Assembly (NCBI GenBank): GCA_051294375.1
Contig: CM119271.1
Span: 6,635,632-6,699,631, forward strand
Source: Paraspadella gotoi
Taxonomy: Eukaryota > Animalia > Chaetognatha
Reading direction: 5' to 3'
DNA length: 64,000 nucleotides
This document shows positions 61,345 to 64,000 of this stretch, in pieces. The notes beneath the pieces were generated by a model. That model ran no database searches. It was not told the origin of the DNA and was given only the letters and a program-made list of their open reading frames with translations. Both the position numbers and the translations under genes were made by a program. Each line of letters starts with the position of its first letter. Position 1 is the first letter of the stretch.

Positions 61345-64000
61345 CTATGCGAAGGATCCGTCGCCGTCTCTATTATCCTCTTCATCGTCATCTTCGTCTT
61401 CCAGAGTCAGCATGAGTTTCGCCGGTCCGTGCCCGTCGTCGGAGGCCGATCCGGCGCCTAACTTGATATTGGGGTCGGACTGCGGCAACAATTTTTTGTG
61501 TTCAGGCGTTGGTGCGATCGCCTGATGGTCGGGGAAAAGGGTCTCGTAGACGGGGTTGCAAAAATTAGTAGATCTCGGAGCAGCGACGGGGGCGGCGGCG
61601 TCAGAGTCGGCAAAGGAGGTTCGATCCTTATCGGCGCCGATATCGGGTCGCGGCGCGGACTCAATGAATCGGCGTCTGTCGGGATCGAGGACGAAAGCGG
61701 AATCGAGTGGTTCCGGACCTTCTTCTCCGTCGTCGACGTCCTTCATGTACATCGGGTTTGAGATTTCGACGTTAGGGTTGTCGTGCATACGAAAGTGTTG
61801 GAATGGTCGGGTTGACGGGTAGCGTCGGCGAATTAAAACGAGAAGAGCGACTAGAGCGATCAAGAATACGACAACGATAGGAATAGCGACGGCGAGTCCC
61901 AATTGCGTCGGTGACCATTCGTCGGGGGCACGTGTGCCAGGATGGGGGCCTTCGGATGTTCCAACTTTGTTCTGACAAAAATCTCCGTCGTATTCCGGCG
62001 GGCAACTGCATATCCCCTTCCTGGTACAACTACCTCCGTTGAGACAAGCCTTTTTGCACTGACGATGCAGTGACGTCTGACACAAGGGTCCATCAAATCC
62101 CTCGGGGCACTTGCACCGAGACTGACCAACGCAAGTTCCATTGTTTTTGCACAGACATGGAGAGATTTCGCATTGTGTACCTCTGAAAGATATTGGACAG
62201 AGGCAACGAGGGCCATTCTCTTCGCGTTTACATGTGCCTCCGTTCTTGCAATAGTTTTGGCACCTGTCAATGTTGCATCTTTTACCCGTAAATGAGGGTA
62301 GGCAATCGCATCTGAGGTCACCGATTTCGTGATGGTCTATACTACAATTCCCGTCATTGTGACAATAATCTTTGCACGCGTCCGTGTCGCACTGTGGGCC
62401 AGTCCATCCGGCAAGACATATACATACAGGCTTATTGGAAACGATCTGGCAAACTCCGCCGTTACGACAAAGTCCATGGCAAACGTCCTCTTCACATTTG
62501 GGCCCGTTAAATGCGGGCGGACAAGAGCAACGTGGGGTGCCGATTGAGTTGGAAGATTCATCACGCTGACATATTCCGCCGTTGGCACAGAACCACTCCA
62601 CACACTGCTCGCAACGAGGACCCTCAAACTTGTTTTGGCAATTGCAGGAGGGCCTATCTTTTTTCACCACGCAGTCACCGCCATTCTTGCAATAATTCTT
62701 GCAAGGATTTTTGTTTTTATTTTGACATCGGTGTCCTCCAAATGAAAAGCGACACTTGCAATGAGGCTGGCCCAAAGCGTCAATACTGCACGTACCCCTT
62801 TGGTTGCAATAGTTGAGGCACTTCCAATTTTCACACCTCGTCCCGTTGAATCCTGGCTGACAATCGCAGAACACTTGCCGTTCCGGTTGACTTGGCACAC
62901 GGCATTGGCCTCCGTTGTGGCAAAGACCGTAACAACGATCATTCTCGCAACGAGGTCCCGAGAAACGGTTTTTACACTTGCACTTGGATCGACCAGACTG
63001 ATCCTTCTGACACGTGCCACCATTTTGGCACGGGTTGTCTTCGCAAGTCAGTCCGTCGGAAACGCAGACAACTACAGTAGAATCCGGCACGGCCCTCTTG
63101 CCCTCAGGGCAATTGCAGGAGGAGCCATTTTTAGCCATGGATATGCATATTTGATCAGGGTCGCAGGTTGAAGGGAGACAATGGTTAATGAGATTCTTGT
63201 TCTGAGAATTTTCCTGAATTAAAATAATGTCGCCGATTTGTGTGAGATTCCGCAACAAGTAAACCGGGAGGCCAAAACCGAATTTGTGCATCTTGAACAA
63301 GTTATGCGTCCTGTCAGTGGTCACGTAGAGATGATCCTCAAACACACGAATGCCAGAAGGTTGATCGCCTCCAAGAGGGAAGCTCTTTACTACTTGGCGT
63401 CCGGTTCCATCGAGAGCAAGACTCTCTATAGTGCGCGCCTTAGGGTCGGCCCAATAAAGCCGACCATTGGGTCGATCTATGGTCAGGTCAGCAGGTCGCA
63501 AGAGACCTTTTTGCACTAAAATTTTCCTGCCCCTTCCGTCTAGGAGGGCGGCCTCTATCTTCGGGAAGTGGCCGAGGTCTATCCAGTACATCCAACCCCC
63601 CTCTGGATCGACGACTATCGATTCGGGTCGCGTCAAGCTTCCACTAACGATTATCTTTTTAAAGCGATTCTTGTCAAAAGTAATTGCTCGAATAGTTCGA
63701 CTGCCGGCCTCCGTCCAATAAACGATCCTGGATACCCAGTCAACGGCAATTCCTCTGGGATCATCCAATCCGCTGACGAGCGTCTGCGTCTCGTCAAAAT
63801 CCGAATCGTCGTGATCGCGACGACGACGTCGATCTCCCTGCATCTCAATCGGACGGGCTTGCTTGGGCGGCGGTATGGGCCGAAAGGAAATGGTCCCGCT
63901 GTGGTGATCCGTCCAAAATAACACGGGCCGATCTGGATCGGACATGTCCACATCGACGGAGGCGATCCGCGTCGACGCGTTCCCCTGAAACAAACGCGAG
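61345..64000 (-). CDS. LRP1: LRP1-like LDL receptor family protein, 3' part (YWTD propeller, EGF repeats, TM, NPxY tail)
   Basis: YWTD-type repeats, ~10 EGF repeats, TM helix, VEISNPMY and TNFCNPVYETL (LRP1-type NPxY motifs); ORF is open at the window edge. Confidence 0.85.
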   Translation of the reverse strand, partial: SRLFQGNASTRIASVDVDMSDPDRPVLFWTDHHSGTISFRPIPPPKQARPIEMQGDRRRRRDHDDSDFDETQTLVSGLDDPRGIAVDWVSRIVYWTEAGSRTIRAITFDKNRFKKIIVSGSLTRPESIVVDPEGGWMYWIDLGHFPKIEAALLDGRGRKILVQKGLLRPADLTIDRPNGRLYWADPKARTIESLALDGTGRQVVKSFPLGGDQPSGIRVFEDHLYVTTDRTHNLFKMHKFGFGLPVYLLRNLTQIGDIILIQENSQNKNLINHCLPSTCDPDQICISMAKNGSSCNCPEGKRAVPDSTVVVCVSDGLTCEDNPCQNGGTCQKDQSGRSKCKCKNRFSGPRCENDRCYGLCHNGGQCRVPSQPERQVFCDCQPGFNGTRCENWKCLNYCNQRGTCSIDALGQPHCKCRFSFGGHRCQNKNKNPCKNYCKNGGDCVVKKDRPSCNCQNKFEGPRCEQCVEWFCANGGICQRDESSNSIGTPRCSCPPAFNGPKCEEDVCHGLCRNGGVCQIVSNKPVCICLAGWTGPQCDTDACKDYCHNDGNCSIDHHEIGDLRCDCLPSFTGKRCNIDRCQNYCKNGGTCKREENGPRCLCPISFRGTQCEISPCLCKNNGTCVGQSRCKCPEGFDGPLCQTSLHRQCKKACLNGGSCTRKGICSCPPEYDGDFCQNKVGTSEGPHPGTRAPDEWSPTQLGLAVAIPIVVVFLIALVALLVLIRRRYPSTRPFQHFRMHDNPNVEISNPMYMKDVDDGEEGPEPLDSAFVLDPDRRRFIESAPRPDIGADKDRTSFADSDAAAPVAAPRSTNFCNPVYETLFPDHQAIAPTPEHKKLLPQSDPNIKLGAGSASDDGHGPAKLMLTLEDEDDDEEDNRDGDGSFA

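Noticed and set aside
1-64000. Prokaryotic operon or viral genome interpretation of the co-oriented genes
   Set aside because: The genes are eukaryotic, several animal-type (LRP1, AKAP10, USP9X, TDP-43), with spliceosomal introns.

Overview
Eukaryotic, animal (probably invertebrate bilaterian) genomic DNA from a compact genome, with GC-rich exons, AT-rich spacers and many short (~60-140 nt) GT-AG introns. Nineteen consecutive housekeeping-type genes lie head-to-tail on the minus strand. In transcription order they are LRP1-like (3' part), USP9X/faf, DCP1, SNX1/2, CASD1, a folate-receptor-domain gene, a lysosomal acid phosphatase, PARL, STYX, AKAP10, MED19, THYN1, AVL9, TELO2, TDP-43, MFSD6, TASP1, an unnamed SLOG-like gene and VPS50 (5' part). 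Stop-to-ATG spacers are as short as 94-380 nt, are U-rich, often lack AATAAA, and usually carry a polypyrimidine tract + AG just upstream of the ATG. This pattern suggests a very long polycistronic (operon-like) unit resolved by spliced-leader trans-splicing; it is an inference, not proof. The only plus-strand gene is an orphan tyrosine-motif-rich type I membrane protein nested in the last TDP-43 intron. Also present are a Tc1/mariner-type MITE, several short dispersed repeats, a shared minisatellite, a haplotype duplication at an N gap and an apparent frameshift in TDP-43. Gene names come from recognised protein motifs, not database searches, and exon boundaries were read by eye.
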